Shown here: positions 41,390 to 52,865 of the stretch, in pieces
How positions within the stretch are numbered: the first letter of the stretch is position 1
Layout: the number at the start of each line of letters is the position of its first letter
Assembly: GCA_963758635.1 (NCBI GenBank)
Contig: CAVWWD010000007.1
Location: 32,001-96,000 of the forward strand
Source of the DNA: an uncultured Candidatus Rokubacteria bacterium
Lineage (GTDB): Bacteria > Methylomirabilota > Methylomirabilia > Rokubacteriales > CSP1-6
Direction: 5' to 3'
Length of the DNA stretch: 64,000 nt
Program-made: the position numbers and the translations under genes
Notes under the pieces: model-generated
Seen by the model: only the letters and a program-made list of their open reading frames with translations
The model's database searches: none
What the model was told of the DNA's origin: nothing

Positions 41390-41483
41390 CGCGGGCCGGC
41401 CGGCGGCCGCCGGTGTCACCGGCACGGGACCGGTCAGGTCCGGGATCGGCCGGCTGCGGAGAGGGCGCGGCGAGAAGCCGAGC

Positions 41484-42841
41484 CTAGAAGCTGCGGATGA
41501 GGCGCTCGACCCGCTCGTCGTGGCTCTGGAACGGATCCTTGCAGAGGATGGTCTCGCGCTCCGGGTCGTTGAGCTTCAGGTAGACCCAGTCCACGCGGTA
41601 GTCCTTCCCCTTCAGGTTGGCCTGGCGGATGAACTCGCCGCGCAGGCGCGCCCGGGTGGTCTGGGGCGGCGCGTGCTTGGCCCGCTCGATGGCCTCGTCG
41701 GTGGTGACGCGGTCGACCATGCCGCGGCCCACGAGCCTGAAGTAGAGGCCGCGGTCCGGCCGGATGTCGTGGTACTGCAGGTCGATCAGCGAGACCTTGG
41801 GGTCCCGCCACGACAGCCGGTTCTTGGTCATGAAGTTCTCGATCAGCTCCTTCTTGATGACCCAGTCGACCTCGCGGGACAGCTGCATGGGGTCCTGGGT
41901 GAGCTGCTCGATCACGTACGTCCACTTGGCGAGCACGTCCTTGGTGACGGGATCGGCGTCGATGGTCTGGACGTAGCGCGTGGCGTGCTCGAGGTACTCC
42001 GTCTGGAGCTCGAGCGCGGACATCGACGCGGCCGTCCTTGAGCCGCACCGTCTCGCGGAGCGTCGGGTCGTGGCTGATGTCCCGGATGGCCTGCACCGGC
42101 GACTGGAGGCTGTAGTCGCGGTCGAAGTGGCCGTCCTCGATCATGTCGAGGATCAGCGCGGTGGTGCCCACCTTGAGGTAGGTGGCCATCTCGGACATGT
42201 TCGAGTCGCCCACGATCACGTGCAGCCGGCGGTAGCGCTCGGCGTCGGCGTGGGGCTCGTCGCGCGTGTTGATGATCGACCGCGACGACGTGGTGGCGCC
42301 CGAGATCTCCTGGCAGATGTGCTGCGCCCGCTGGGACAGGCAGTAGTGGAAGCCCCGCGGCGTCTGCAGCACCTTGCCCGCGCCCGCGAAGATCTGCCGC
42401 GTCACGAAGAAGGGGATGAGCCCCTCGGCGAGACGCTGGAACGAGAACGTCACGGCTGACCAGGTAGTTCTCGTGGCAGCCGTAGGAGTTCCCCGCGGAG
42501 TCGGTGTTGTTCTTGAAGAGGAGGATGTTGCCGGAGATGCCGTCCTCGCGCAGGCGCTTCTCCGCCTGATGGAGGAGGTCCTCGACGATACGCTCGCCCG
42601 CCTTGTCGTGCGTGACGAGCTCGGTGACGTCGTCGCACTCGGGCGTGGCGTACTCGGGGTGGAAGCCCGTGTCGAGATAGAGCCGGGCGCCGTTCTCCAG
42701 GAAGACGTTCGCGTTCCGGGCGCCGGGGATGACCTTCTCGAAGAGGTAGCGGGCGACGTTGTCCGGCGAGAGGCGCCGCTGGCCGTTCAGCGTGCACGTC
42801 AGGCCGTACTCGTTCTCCATGCCGAAGATGCGCCGCTTCAT
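41484..42841 (-). CDS. pafA: Pup--protein ligase; frameshifts near 42450 and 42025
   Basis: [78 protein letters not shown]. Confidence 0.9.
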
Positions 42842-42904
42842 GTGGGCCTCAGGGTAGCAGGGGCTCGGACCCTCCGCAAGAATTCCTGCGTGTGGGAGCG
42901 GGCG

Positions 42905-43598
42905 TTACGTGGTCGCGGGGAGGAGCTGGTGCAGCACCTCGGACGGGATCCGGCGGAACTTCCGCCGCTCCTTCGTCCGATCGAGCACCGCCACCTCGAG
43001 GTCGCGCTCGGTGAGCGTCTTGTTCTGCGTGACCATGAGGGCCCGGACGCCCAGGTGCAGCGCGGCCTCGAGGTCGAGGCTGTCCTGGAAGTTGTCCTTC
43101 AGGTAGCGCCGGATCTCGTCGGACTGGCCGCCCATGGCCGCGTAGTTCTTCTCGTCCTCGATGGTTCCGTCGTAGAGGATGTGGTAGATCTCGTTCTTCG
43201 CGCCGTTGTCGACGCCGACCTCGACCACCAGCACCTCCACCTCGAAGGGCTTGATGTCCTGGGTGAAGATGTTCCCGAGGCCCTGGGAGTAGGCGTTGGC
43301 GAGGGCCTTGGCGCGTCACGTCGCCCCGGCTGTAGGAGTAGCCACGGAGGTCGGCGTGCCGGACCCCGGCCACCCGCAGGTTCTCGAACTCGTTGTACTT
43401 GCCCACGCCGGCGAACGCGATGCGGTCGTAGATCTCCGAGATCTTGTGGAGCAGGGTCGAGGGGTTCTCGGCCACCAGGAGCACGCCGTCGCGGTACTCG
43501 ATGGCCACGATGGCCTTGCCGCGGGAGATGCCCTTGCGGGCATACTCCGCCTTGTCCTTCATCATCTGCTCGGGCGACACGTAGTAGGGCAGCGGCAT
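42905..43598 (-). CDS. prcA: 20S proteasome alpha subunit; frameshift near 43315
   Basis: [56 protein letters not shown]. Confidence 0.92.
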
Positions 43599-44395
43599 CA
43601 GAGACGCCCTCGGTCGCCGAGGATGGCCTCGCAGTGCCGGCGGATCTCGTCGTCCGGCACCTGGCTGAGCCCCGAGCGGGTGATGGTGGTCACGGTGGGG
43701 AAGATGCCCCGGTTGAGGTCGGGGCCGCCGGTGCCCAGGTCCTCGTCCGCGGCGTCCATGATGGCCTCGATGGCCACGCGGAGCGCCTCGTCCTTGGGGA
43801 GGTCGCGGCGGAACCGCTTCTTCAGCGAGTCGCGCGCGTCCTTGCCGCCCGAGCCCTGGGCGAAGTAGTCGGTCTCCTCGTACCGGCCACCCGTCACGTC
43901 GTACTTGAAGAGCCGCCCCACCCCCGCGCGCTCGTCGAAGCCCGCGAAGATCGGCACGACCACCAGCCCCTGCATCGCCATGGGCAGGTTCATCCGGATC
44001 ATCTGGCCGAGCCGGTTGGCCTTGCCGTCCAGCGAGAGGTTCTCGCCCTCGACCTTTTCGTAGTGCTCGAGCTCGGTCTGGAAGAGCCGCGCCATCTCCA
44101 TGGCCGGACCCGCCGCGCCCGCGATGCCCACCGCGGAGAGGTCGTCGGCCTTGAAGATCTTCTCGATGCGTCGGTGGGCGACCTGGTAGCCCTCGCTCGC
44201 CTGGCGATCGCCGGCCATGACGATGCCGTCGCGGTAGCGCATGGCGAGGACGGTGGTGCCGTGGGGGACTCCGGGCGTGCCCGCGTCCTCGTGTCCCGGC
44301 GGCCTGGCGGAGGGCAGGAGATGCGGCGCGCTCTGACGGACGAACTCGGTGAAGCTCGAGCTCAGGGAGCCCGACCGGGGCTGGGCCTCGAACAT
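43598..44395 (-). CDS. prcB: 20S proteasome beta subunit
   Basis: Propeptide SSSFTEF..PHLLP; processing site PHG/TT; AGDR, GSG. Confidence 0.95.
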   Translation of the reverse strand: MFEAQPRSGSLSSSFTEFVRQSAPHLLPSARPPGHEDAGTPGVPHGTTVLAMRYRDGIVMAGDRQASEGYQVAHRRIEKIFKADDLSAVGIAGAAGPAMEMARLFQTELEHYEKVEGENLSLDGKANRLGQMIRMNLPMAMQGLVVVPIFAGFDERAGVGRLFKYDVTGGRYEETDYFAQGSGGKDARDSLKKRFRRDLPKDEALRVAIEAIMDAADEDLGTGGPDLNRGIFPTVTTITRSGLSQVPDDEIRRHCEAILGDRGRL

Positions 44396-44402
44396 TGGAG
44401 TC

Positions 44403-45902
44403 TCAGAAGTCCCCGGCGGGCTTGCCCAGGTTCCGCAGGAGGTCGGCCGCGGTCGGCGAATCGGCGAAGAGCTGCCGCACGTGCGCCTCCGTGCCGCGCA
44501 GCGGCTCCATCATGAAGATCTTCTTGAGCGGTCCTTCCTTGAGGTCGAAGATGACGGAGTCCCACGAGGCGGAGACCACCTCGTCCGAGTACTTCTGCAG
44601 GCACATCCCCCGGAAGTAGGCCCGCGTGTCCTTGGGCGGATCGAAGATGGCCTTGGAGACCTCGTCCTCGGTGACGAGGCGCTCGACGGCGTCGGACTCC
44701 TCCAGCTTGTAGAAGAGGCCCTTCCCGGGACGGATGTCGTGGTACTGCAGGTCGATCATGGCCACCCGCGAGTCCGACCACGAGAGCCCGTGCTTGTCGC
44801 GGTAGCTCTCGATGAGCCGGCGCTTGATGACCCAGTCGAGCTCACGCTCCAGGCTCTCGGGATCGCGCGCGAGGCGGTCGAGCACCGACGTCCACCGCGC
44901 GAGGACGTCGTGCACCCACGGCTCGGGGGGGCGGCTCTCGTAGTACCGGCGGGCCCGGTCGAGGTACTCGCGTTGCAGGTCGATCGCGGTCAGCGCGCGC
45001 CCGTCCTTCAGGCGCACGGTCTCCCGGCAGGCGAGGTCACGCGAGATCGTCCGGTGCGCGATGACCGGGCCGTCCAGCGAGAGGTCGCGCTCGATGAAGT
45101 CGTCCTCGATCATGCTGAGGACGATGGCCATGGTCCCCATCTTGAGGTAGTTGGACACGTCGGCCATGTTCGCGTCCCCCACGATCACGTGGAGGCGGCG
45201 GTACTTCTCGGGGTCGGCGTGGGGCTCGTCGCGGGTGTTGATGATGGGACGGCTGTGCATCGTCTCGAGTCCCACCTCGGTCTCGAGGAAGTCCGCGCGC
45301 TGCGCCATCTGGTAGTCGCAGTGCTCGGTGTTGTTCTCCGCCCCCACCTTGCCCGCGCCCGTGAAGATCTGGCGCGAGGCGAAGAAGGGCATGAGGTGCT
45401 GGACGATCCGTGCGAAGGGCACCTTCCGGTCCATGAGGTAGTTCTCGTGGGTCCCGTAGGAGTTGCCCTTGCGGTCCGTGTTGTCCTTGTAGATCAGGAT
45501 CCGCTGCTCGGGCGGCGACACTGCTTCCGCCCGCGAGCGTGAGAGGTTCAGGATGCGCTCGCCCGCCTTGTCCCAGATGACGCAGTCGCGGGGGTTGGTG
45601 GTCTCGGGCGAGGAGTACTCGGGATGCGCGTGGTCCACGTAGAAGCGCGCCCCGTTCGACAGGATCAGGTTGATGAGGCGCGACTCCTCCTTCGAGGGCA
45701 CGTCCTTGTCCTCGGCGTACTCGAAGCCGCGGGCGTCCTTGAGCGGGCTCTCCGCCTCGTAGTCCCAGCGGATGCGCGAGGAGCGGTACGTCTCGTAGGA
45801 GTTGATCAGCAGCAGCGACGAGAGGATCGGGTTGAAGTCGGGCTGGTTTCGGACGGTGATGCCATACTCGGTCTCGATCCCCATCACCTTCGGAATGGCC
45901 AT
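44403..45902 (-). CDS. dop: Depupylase/deamidase Dop
   Basis: GIETEYG, NGARFYVDHAHPEYS (Dop-type), SYGTHENY, TRAYFRG, ASWDS, EPLRGT. Confidence 0.92.
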   Translation of the reverse strand: MAIPKVMGIETEYGITVRNQPDFNPILSSLLLINSYETYRSSRIRWDYEAESPLKDARGFEYAEDKDVPSKEESRLINLILSNGARFYVDHAHPEYSSPETTNPRDCVIWDKAGERILNLSRSRAEAVSPPEQRILIYKDNTDRKGNSYGTHENYLMDRKVPFARIVQHLMPFFASRQIFTGAGKVGAENNTEHCDYQMAQRADFLETEVGLETMHSRPIINTRDEPHADPEKYRRLHVIVGDANMADVSNYLKMGTMAIVLSMIEDDFIERDLSLDGPVIAHRTISRDLACRETVRLKDGRALTAIDLQREYLDRARRYYESRPPEPWVHDVLARWTSVLDRLARDPESLERELDWVIKRRLIESYRDKHGLSWSDSRVAMIDLQYHDIRPGKGLFYKLEESDAVERLVTEDEVSKAIFDPPKDTRAYFRGMCLQKYSDEVVSASWDSVIFDLKEGPLKKIFMMEPLRGTEAHVRQLFADSPTAADLLRNLGKPAGDF

Positions 45903-45923
45903 GCGTCCCCCGCTGGTGGGTCG

Positions 45924-45969
45924 AAAAGAAAAGTCGGGCGGGGAGACGCCGGCGTCCCCCGCCCGACTT
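45924..45969 (-). terminator. Intrinsic terminator-like hairpin between arc and dop
   Basis: Inverted repeat aagtcgggcgggga..ccccgcccgactt followed by TTCTTTT on the minus strand. Confidence 0.7.
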
Positions 45970-45971
45970 GC

Positions 45972-47804
45972 TTACAGGTACTGACCGGTGTTGATGACCC
46001 GCTCGACGGCCCGCTGCTTTTCCTTGGTCTCGCCCATGAGCGGCTTCACGTAGACGATCCGCTCGCCCTTCTTGCCGGCGATCTTGGCCCAGTCGTCGGG
46101 GTTCGTCGTGTTCGGGAGGTCCTCGTTCTCCTTGAACTCCTCCCGGACCGCGTTGAGCATGTCGTCCAGCGAGATGCCCTTCTCGCTCGTCTGGATGTAG
46201 CGCTTGAGCGCGAGCTTCTTGGCCCGCCGCACGATCGACTCGATCATCGCCCCCGAGGAGAAGTCCTTGAAGAACAGGACCTCCTTGTCGCCGTTGGCGT
46301 AGGTGACCTCGAGGAACCGGTTCTCGTCGTCGAGCTTGTACATCTCCTCGACGGTGGCGGCGATCATGCGGTCGAGGGTGGGCTGGATCTCGCCGCCGTG
46401 CGCGCTCGTCTCCGCGGGGTGGATCGGCAGGTCGGTCAGCATGTACTTGTTGAAGATGTCGACCGCTGCCGTCTGGTCCGGCCGCTCGATCTTGATCTTC
46501 ACGTCGAGCCGACCCGGCCGCAGGATGGCGGGGTCGATGAGATCCTGGCGGTTCGAGGCGCCGATCACGATGACGTTCTTCAGGTGCTCGACGCCGTCGA
46601 TCTCCGCGAGGAGCTGCGGCACGATCGTGGTCTCCACGTCCGACGAGATCCCGGATCCGCGCGTGCGGAAGAGGGCGTCCATCTCGTCGAAGAACACCAC
46701 CACCGGCACGTCCTCGGCGGCCTTCTCGCGGGCCTTGATGAAGATCTCGCGGATCTTCCGCTCCGTCTCGCCCACGTACTTGTTCAGGAGCTCGGGGCCC
46801 TTGATGTTCAGGAACCAGCCCTTGACCTTCTCGCCGCGCTTCTCCGAGATGCGGGCGGCGAGGTTGTTGGCGACCGCCTTGGCGATCATGGTCTTGCCGC
46901 AGCCCGGAGGCCCGTAGAGGAGCACGCCCTTGGGCGGCGCGAGCTGGTGCTCGCGGTAGTAGTCCGCGTACAGGTACGGCAGCTCGACGGCGTCCTTGAT
47001 GGTCTCGATCTGCGTGACGAGGCCGCCGATGTCCTCGTAGCTGATGTCCGGCACTTCCTCGAGCGTGAGGTCCTCGACCTCGCTCTTGGGCAGCTTCTCG
47101 AGCAGGTAGCCGCTCTTGCCGTCCATGAGGATGTGGTCGCCGACCTTCAGCTTCTCGAGCCGCAGCGGGTCGGCGATGATGCCGACCTTGTCCTCGTCGG
47201 CGCGGAGGGTGACGATCGCGCGGGCCGTGTCCAGGACTTCCTTGAGGATGACGACCTCGCCCTGGATCTCGTACCCGGCGGCCTCCACCACGTTCAGGCC
47301 CTCGTTCAGGATCAGCTCCTGGCCCGGCTTGAGGTCGCCCGCCTTGAGGGAGGGGTGGAGGTTCACCTTCACCTTGCGGCCCTGCGAGAGGATGTTGACG
47401 GTGCCGTCTTCATTGTCCGAGAGGAAGACGCCGTAGGTCGAGGGCGGGGCGCAGAGCTTGTCGACCTCCTCGCGGAGGGACGTGATCTGCTCCCGGGCCT
47501 CGTAGAGCGCGTTGACGAGCTTCTCGTTCTGGTTGAAGGACTGCACGAGCTGCCGGTTCGCCTCGCGCAGCTTGTTCTCGAGGACCATCGCCTCCTTGGG
47601 CGCGTCCTCGGTCTTCTTGCGGAGGCGGACGGTCTCCGCCTCCAGGGAACGGACATAGGTCTGGAGGTCCTGCACCTGGACCTCGTACTCCGTGAGACGT
47701 CGCCGATAGTTCGAGTCGGTCATCGGGAGGAACTTGGAGAGACCCTTCATCCCTTCGGCGGAGGGGTCTCGGTTGGGCGTCGGCTTCTTCTCGAACTCCT
47801 TCAT
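45972..47804 (-). CDS. arc: Proteasome ATPase ARC/Mpa
   Basis: Coiled coil, [35 protein letters not shown]-terminal GQYL; SD upstream of 47804. Confidence 0.95.
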   Translation of the reverse strand: MKEFEKKPTPNRDPSAEGMKGLSKFLPMTDSNYRRRLTEYEVQVQDLQTYVRSLEAETVRLRKKTEDAPKEAMVLENKLREANRQLVQSFNQNEKLVNALYEAREQITSLREEVDKLCAPPSTYGVFLSDNEDGTVNILSQGRKVKVNLHPSLKAGDLKPGQELILNEGLNVVEAAGYEIQGEVVILKEVLDTARAIVTLRADEDKVGIIADPLRLEKLKVGDHILMDGKSGYLLEKLPKSEVEDLTLEEVPDISYEDIGGLVTQIETIKDAVELPYLYADYYREHQLAPPKGVLLYGPPGCGKTMIAKAVANNLAARISEKRGEKVKGWFLNIKGPELLNKYVGETERKIREIFIKAREKAAEDVPVVVFFDEMDALFRTRGSGISSDVETTIVPQLLAEIDGVEHLKNVIVIGASNRQDLIDPAILRPGRLDVKIKIERPDQTAAVDIFNKYMLTDLPIHPAETSAHGGEIQPTLDRMIAATVEEMYKLDDENRFLEVTYANGDKEVLFFKDFSSGAMIESIVRRAKKLALKRYIQTSEKGISLDDMLNAVREEFKENEDLPNTTNPDDWAKIAGKKGERIVYVKPLMGETKEKQRAVERVINTGQYL

Positions 47805-47879
47805 CTCGGCCCGTTCCTTTCTCGGTGAGCCAGCAAGCGCTGCCTCGACTCCGGCCGCGTCCGGTTGCGCGGCGCCCTC

Positions 47880-47909
47880 AGTATAGGTGGGCGCTTTCGG
47901 TACAGTCAA
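47880..47909 (-). promoter_or_regulatory. sigma70 promoter of arc
   Basis: TTGACT-18bp-TATACT. Confidence 0.65.
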
Positions 47910-48277
47910 GGCAAATGCCCCTTCCGAGCCATTGAATTCATTCAAATTTTCCCGATTCCCCCCATGGGGTCGGACCAATGGCTCTCACCGTCTCAAACAC
48001 CCCTCCCGCAGACCCGGTTCCATCCGGTTCCGCCGCGGGGCCCCGCTGGCCCGGCCCCCTGCCGGCACCTTCGCAGTGTGCGGGAAGCAAGATGAGTGCC
48101 GCGGTGACGCGCAAAACGCGACGTCCACCATATCGAGGACATGACACGGGCTTGGACGAGCCGCGTGGATCGCGCCGACCCTCGTAGATTGCTGCGCGCG
48201 CGGTCAGGCTGCCCAAGCGTGTCGCTCGTACCCGTCGATCGTCGCGGGCCCGGGTCGTTTGGTCGTATAACTGGGGC

Positions 48278-49816
48278 ATGGCGTCCCGCTGCATGCGACT
48301 CGCTCTCGCGCTCGTGGCGCTGGCGGCGTGGACGGGTGCGGCGCGCGCGCAAGGAGAGGTCGCGGCGCTCCGCGTGGGCCTCCCCGCGGTTCCCGCCTCG
48401 CTCGATCCCGCGACCGCTCGCGACGCGTCCACCGCGATGATCGCGCGCCAGGTCTACGACACCCTCGTGCAGTACCGCGAAGGCGGCAGCGACATCGAGC
48501 CGGGCCTCGCCACGCAGTGGTCGGTGTCGAAGGACGGCCTGGCCTGGACCTTCAGGCTGCGCGAGGGCGTGCGCTTCCACGACGGGACGGCCCTCGCGGT
48601 GGGCCACGTCGTGACGAGCCTCGAGCGCCAGCTCGTGCCGGGGCATCCGCTCGCGCCCGCGACACCGGCCGTCGGGCCGCGCCTGCTGCGCGGCGCGCCC
48701 GGGGTGGTGCGCGAGATCACCGCGACCGACGCCAGCACGATCCGGATCAAGCTCAACCTGCCGTACGCGGCGCTGCCGACCGTGCTGGGCCATCCGGGGC
48801 TGGCGATCGTGCTCCCCGCGGCCACCGACGGGGCGACACGATGGCTGGGCACGGGGCCGTTCGCGGTGACGGAGATCGGCGGGGGCCAGATCGTCCTGGA
48901 CGCGCATCCCGGCTACTGGGGGGCCCGGCCCCGCCCGAGCCGCGTGGTGTTCGCCGCCGAGCCCGATCCCGCGCGCGCGATCGCCGCCCTCGACGCGCGC
49001 ACGCTCCACATCTGGCTTCCCGCCGGAGCGCCTCCGCGTGGGGCGACCGGTGTCTCGGTCCCGGGCTGGCGCCTGGGCTATCTTGCCCTCCAGACCGAGA
49101 AGGAGCCGTTCTCGCGGCGGAAGGCGCGGCACGCGGTCGCCGCCGCCATCGACCCGGCGGCCATCGGCGCCGCGGTGGAGCCCCAGTCGGTCGTCGCGCA
49201 GTCGTTCCTGCCTCCGGGCGTGTGGGGGCGTCGCGCCGGCCCGCCCATCACGCTCGGCGCCCCGGACGTCGCGCGGCGGCTCCTCGGCGAGGCGGGGCTG
49301 GGGCGAGGCGCGTCGGCCACGCTCCTGGTCGCCGCCGACGTCGAGGAGCAGCGCCGGCTCGCCGAGGCGCTCCGCGTCGGCCTCGATCGGGCGGGCATGG
49401 CGCTCCGGTTGCAGCCGGCGCCGGCGACGAACGTCATGGCGCTGGCGCAGAACGGCGAGCACCAGATGGTGCTGATGGAAGCGGAGGCGGAGGGCGGCGA
49501 CCCGCACATCCTCCTCTACCCGCTGTCGACCAGCGAAGGGGCGACGCGCGGTCCCTCGGCGTGGAACCTGTCCTTCTTCCGGAACGCCCGCCTCGACGAC
49601 CTCCTGATCCGCGCGAGCCAGCTCTCGTTCCGGCCGGAGCGTGAGCGTGTCTACGCGCGCGCGCAGGCGCTGCTCGGCGAGGAGCTGCCGTGGATCCCAC
49701 TCTACGTGCGTCGCCACTGGGCGGTGGTGCGGCCGGAGGTGAAGGGCCTTCGCCTGCACCCGAGCGGACAGCACCGATTGGACCGGGTCAGCCTCGACTT
49801 CCCCAGGTCACCGTGA
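48278..49816 (+). CDS. ABC transporter substrate-binding protein, family 5
   Basis: SLDPA, VYDTLV, EPGLATQW, FRLREGVRFHDGT, GTGPF. Confidence 0.88.
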   Translation: MASRCMRLALALVALAAWTGAARAQGEVAALRVGLPAVPASLDPATARDASTAMIARQVYDTLVQYREGGSDIEPGLATQWSVSKDGLAWTFRLREGVRFHDGTALAVGHVVTSLERQLVPGHPLAPATPAVGPRLLRGAPGVVREITATDASTIRIKLNLPYAALPTVLGHPGLAIVLPAATDGATRWLGTGPFAVTEIGGGQIVLDAHPGYWGARPRPSRVVFAAEPDPARAIAALDARTLHIWLPAGAPPRGATGVSVPGWRLGYLALQTEKEPFSRRKARHAVAAAIDPAAIGAAVEPQSVVAQSFLPPGVWGRRAGPPITLGAPDVARRLLGEAGLGRGASATLLVAADVEEQRRLAEALRVGLDRAGMALRLQPAPATNVMALAQNGEHQMVLMEAEAEGGDPHILLYPLSTSEGATRGPSAWNLSFFRNARLDDLLIRASQLSFRPERERVYARAQALLGEELPWIPLYVRRHWAVVRPEVKGLRLHPSGQHRLDRVSLDFPRSP

Positions 49817-49830
49817 TAGACCTCTCCCCG

Positions 49831-50811
49831 ATGCCATCGATCGCCGACACCGCCACCGAGATGGTCCAGTGGGTGTTCCCCGAGCACGCGGGCGCTCCCG
49901 GGCAGATCCACGGCGGCCGGATGATGCAGTGGATCGCCACGGTCGGGACCATGGCCGCGGCGCGGGTGGCGCGGGGCACCGTGGTGCTGGGCGCCATGGA
50001 CGACATCGACTTCCTGCACCCGGTGAAGGTGGGCGAGCTCGCCGTGCTGCGCGCCCAGGTCGAGGCCGTGGGCCGGTCGTCGCTCGAGGTCGGGGTGCGC
50101 GTGTTCGCGGAGAACGTCACGACGGGCCGCCGCGCCGTGACCCTCAGCTCCCACCTCGTGCTCATCAAGGTCGACGAGGACGTGAAGCCCCAGCCCGTCC
50201 CGCAGGCCATCGAGCCGCGCGGCGCGGAGGAGGAGGCGCTTCACGCCGCCGCGCTGGAGCGCCGGCAGCAGCGCCGGGCCCGCCTCGTCCGCCGCGCCGA
50301 GCGCGCCCGCGAGGTGTCGGACGAGGACGCCGCCGACGTACGCTGGCGCTTCGAGTCGGCCCGGTCGGTCCTGCCCGAGGACACGCTCTTCGGCCACCTG
50401 ATGTTTCCCGGCAAGCTCCTCATGGACATCGACGAGGCGGGTGGCATCCTGTCCATGCGCTATTGCCGGGGTCACGTGATGACGGCGTGCCTGGACGCGC
50501 TCGACTTCCACGCGCCGATCTCCACGCACGAGGTGGTGACGTTCAAGGCCGCCCTCAACCACGTGGGGTCGTCGTCGCTCGAGGTGGGGGTCAAGGTGCT
50601 CACCGAGGTGCCCACGACGGGCGACACGCGGCACGCGTGCACGGCATACCTCACGTTCGTGCACCTCGGGCCGGACCTCCGGCCCCGGCCGTGTCCGCCC
50701 CTGGTGCCGGACACGCCGGCCGAGCAGCGACGCTGGGCGGAAGCGGTGGAGCGGCGGGCACGGAGGCTCGAGCGGGTCAAGCGTCTGAAGGCGTCACTGG
50801 ATCGGGGATGA
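49831..50811 (+). CDS. Acyl-CoA thioesterase, tandem hotdog domains
   Basis: IHGGRMMQWI, FLHPVKVG, VGRSSLEVGV, with the motif repeated in a second domain. Confidence 0.85.
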   Translation: MPSIADTATEMVQWVFPEHAGAPGQIHGGRMMQWIATVGTMAAARVARGTVVLGAMDDIDFLHPVKVGELAVLRAQVEAVGRSSLEVGVRVFAENVTTGRRAVTLSSHLVLIKVDEDVKPQPVPQAIEPRGAEEEALHAAALERRQQRRARLVRRAERAREVSDEDAADVRWRFESARSVLPEDTLFGHLMFPGKLLMDIDEAGGILSMRYCRGHVMTACLDALDFHAPISTHEVVTFKAALNHVGSSSLEVGVKVLTEVPTTGDTRHACTAYLTFVHLGPDLRPRPCPPLVPDTPAEQRRWAEAVERRARRLERVKRLKASLDRG

Positions 50812-50863
50812 GCGGGGCAGGGCGGACCGGCCGCGGCTGATCACCCAGGAAGGCGAGGGCATC

Positions 50864-51616
50864 ATGTCGGGACACTCACGGTGGTCGCAGATCAAGCGGA
50901 AGAAGGGCAAGACCGACGTGCAGCGGGGGAAGCTGTTCTCGAAGATCCTCCGCGAAATCACGGTGGCCGCGCGGGCGGGCGGGGGCGATCCGAAGGGCAA
51001 CATGCGCCTCAAGGCCGCCATCGAGTCGGCCCGCGGCGCCAACATGCCCGCCGAGAACGTCAAGCGCGCCGTCCAGAAGGGCACGGGCGAGCTGCCCGGC
51101 GAGCAGTACGAGGAGGTGACGTACGAGGGGTACGCGCCCGGCGGCGTGGCCGTCCTCCTCAACACGCTCACCGACAACAAGAACCGCACCGGCCCCGAGA
51201 TCCGGCACATCTTCGAGAAGCAGGGCGGCCGCATGGGCACGCCGGGGTCGGTGGCGTGGATGTTCGACCGGCGGGGCGTGATCCAGGTCGACGCCGAGCG
51301 GATCAAGGAGGATGACCTCCTCGAGATCGCGCTCGACGCCGGCGCCGTCGACGTGAAGCAGGTCGAAAAGGCCTTCGAGATCACCACGGCTCCTGATGAA
51401 ATCGAGCGCGTCCGGCTGGGGCTCGAGCAGAAGGGCGTGCCCGTGCTGGAGGCCTCCGCGGCCTTTCTGCCCCAGAACACCGTGCGCGTGGAGGGCAAGG
51501 ACGCCGCGGCCGTCCTGCGGCTCATCGAGGCCCTCGAGGAGCAGGACGACGTCCAGTCCGTGCATTCCAACTACGACATCCCCGACGAGGTGCTCGACGC
51601 CATCTCCGCGGCCTAG
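50864..51616 (+). CDS. yebC: YebC/PmpR family protein
   Basis: MSGHSRWSQIKRKKG, YEGYAPGGV, TDNKNRT, DDVQSVHSN. Confidence 0.95.
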   Translation: MSGHSRWSQIKRKKGKTDVQRGKLFSKILREITVAARAGGGDPKGNMRLKAAIESARGANMPAENVKRAVQKGTGELPGEQYEEVTYEGYAPGGVAVLLNTLTDNKNRTGPEIRHIFEKQGGRMGTPGSVAWMFDRRGVIQVDAERIKEDDLLEIALDAGAVDVKQVEKAFEITTAPDEIERVRLGLEQKGVPVLEASAAFLPQNTVRVEGKDAAAVLRLIEALEEQDDVQSVHSNYDIPDEVLDAISAA

Positions 51617-51683
51617 GACCGGCGATCGGGACCCGGCGCCGCGGCCCGACGGTCGCCACGAGAGCCTCGAGCGCCTGCGGCCG

Positions 51684-52214
51684 ATGCGGACCGGGACCCT
51701 GCGCGTCATGGGGGTGGACCCGGGCCTGACCGACACCGGCTTCGGCGTGGTGGAGGCCGGGCCCGACGGCGTCGGCGTCGTCGACGCCGGCGTCATCCGG
51801 ACCGCTCCCGGCCAGCTGCTCGAAGCGCGGCTCAACGCCATCCACGGAGCGGTCGCGCGCCTGGTCGGCGCCTGTCATCCCAGCCTCGTCGTGGTGGAGG
51901 ACCTCTACGCGGAGTACCGGTTTCCGCGGACCGCGCTGCTCATGGCCCATGCCCGGGGCGTCATCTACCTCGCGGCCCGTCAGCTCGACGTGCCGGTCCT
52001 CGCGCTGTCGCCCTCGGAGGTGAAGCGGGCGGTGACCGGCAACGGAGCGGCGGGGAAGGGCCAGGTCCAGCGCGGCGTCCAGACCGTGCTCGGGCTGGCC
52101 GTTCCGCCCCGCCCGAGCCACGTGGCCGACGCCCTCGCCCTCGCCGTGACGGGCATGGCGCGCGTGATGGGCCGGCTGCCGACGGGCCGCGCGCGGGTCC
52201 AGGCCCGACCGTGA
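51684..52214 (+). CDS. ruvC: Holliday junction resolvase RuvC
   Basis: [40 protein letters not shown]. Confidence 0.92.
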   Translation: MRTGTLRVMGVDPGLTDTGFGVVEAGPDGVGVVDAGVIRTAPGQLLEARLNAIHGAVARLVGACHPSLVVVEDLYAEYRFPRTALLMAHARGVIYLAARQLDVPVLALSPSEVKRAVTGNGAAGKGQVQRGVQTVLGLAVPPRPSHVADALALAVTGMARVMGRLPTGRARVQARP

Positions 52215-52865
52215 TCGCCTCGCTCCGCGGGCGCCTGCGCGCCAAGCTCGAGGACCGCGTCATCCTGGAGGCGGCCGGGGTGGGCTACGAGGTGTTCCTG
52301 CCCCCCGTCACCCAGCGCGCGCTCGCCGGCGCCAGCGCCGGCGACGGCGACGGCGCCCGAGGTCGAGCTGGCGATCCACTATCATGCGACGCAGAACCAG
52401 CCGCGCCCGGTCCTGATCGGCTTCAGCACCGAGCTCGACAAGGAGTTCTTCGAGAAGCTCATCACGGTGAAGGACGTGGGGCCGCTCGTGGCGGCCCGGG
52501 CCCTCGCCGCGCCGGTGGCGGAGATCGCGTCGGCCATCGCCCGCCAGGACGAGCCGTACCTGCGCCGCCTGCCCGGCATCGGCCCCCAGAAGGCGAAGAA
52601 CATCGTGGCGCAGCTCCAGGGGAAGGTCGCGAAGTTCGCGCTCGTGACGACGGGGGCGCCCGGCGAGCGCGCCCCCGTCGCCGCCGCCCCGCCGCCGCCC
52701 GACGAGGACGGCGTCCGCGGCATGGTGTTCGAGGTGCTGGTGAAGCAGCTCGGCCACCGTCCGAGCGAGGCGGCCCAGCTCATCGACAGCGCGCTCAAGC
52801 GCCGGCCCGGCCTCGCCACGCCCGAAGAGCTGTTCGACGAGATCTACCGCGGGCGCGACCGATGA
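52211..52865 (+). CDS. ruvA: RuvA; frameshift near 52355
   Basis: [31 protein letters not shown]. Confidence 0.88.

Noticed and set aside
47720..47978. Charged ARC N-terminal extension as a hidden Pup
   Set aside because: In frame with ARC with no free GG[EQ] terminus; the ORF-track part upstream of 47804 overlaps the promoter
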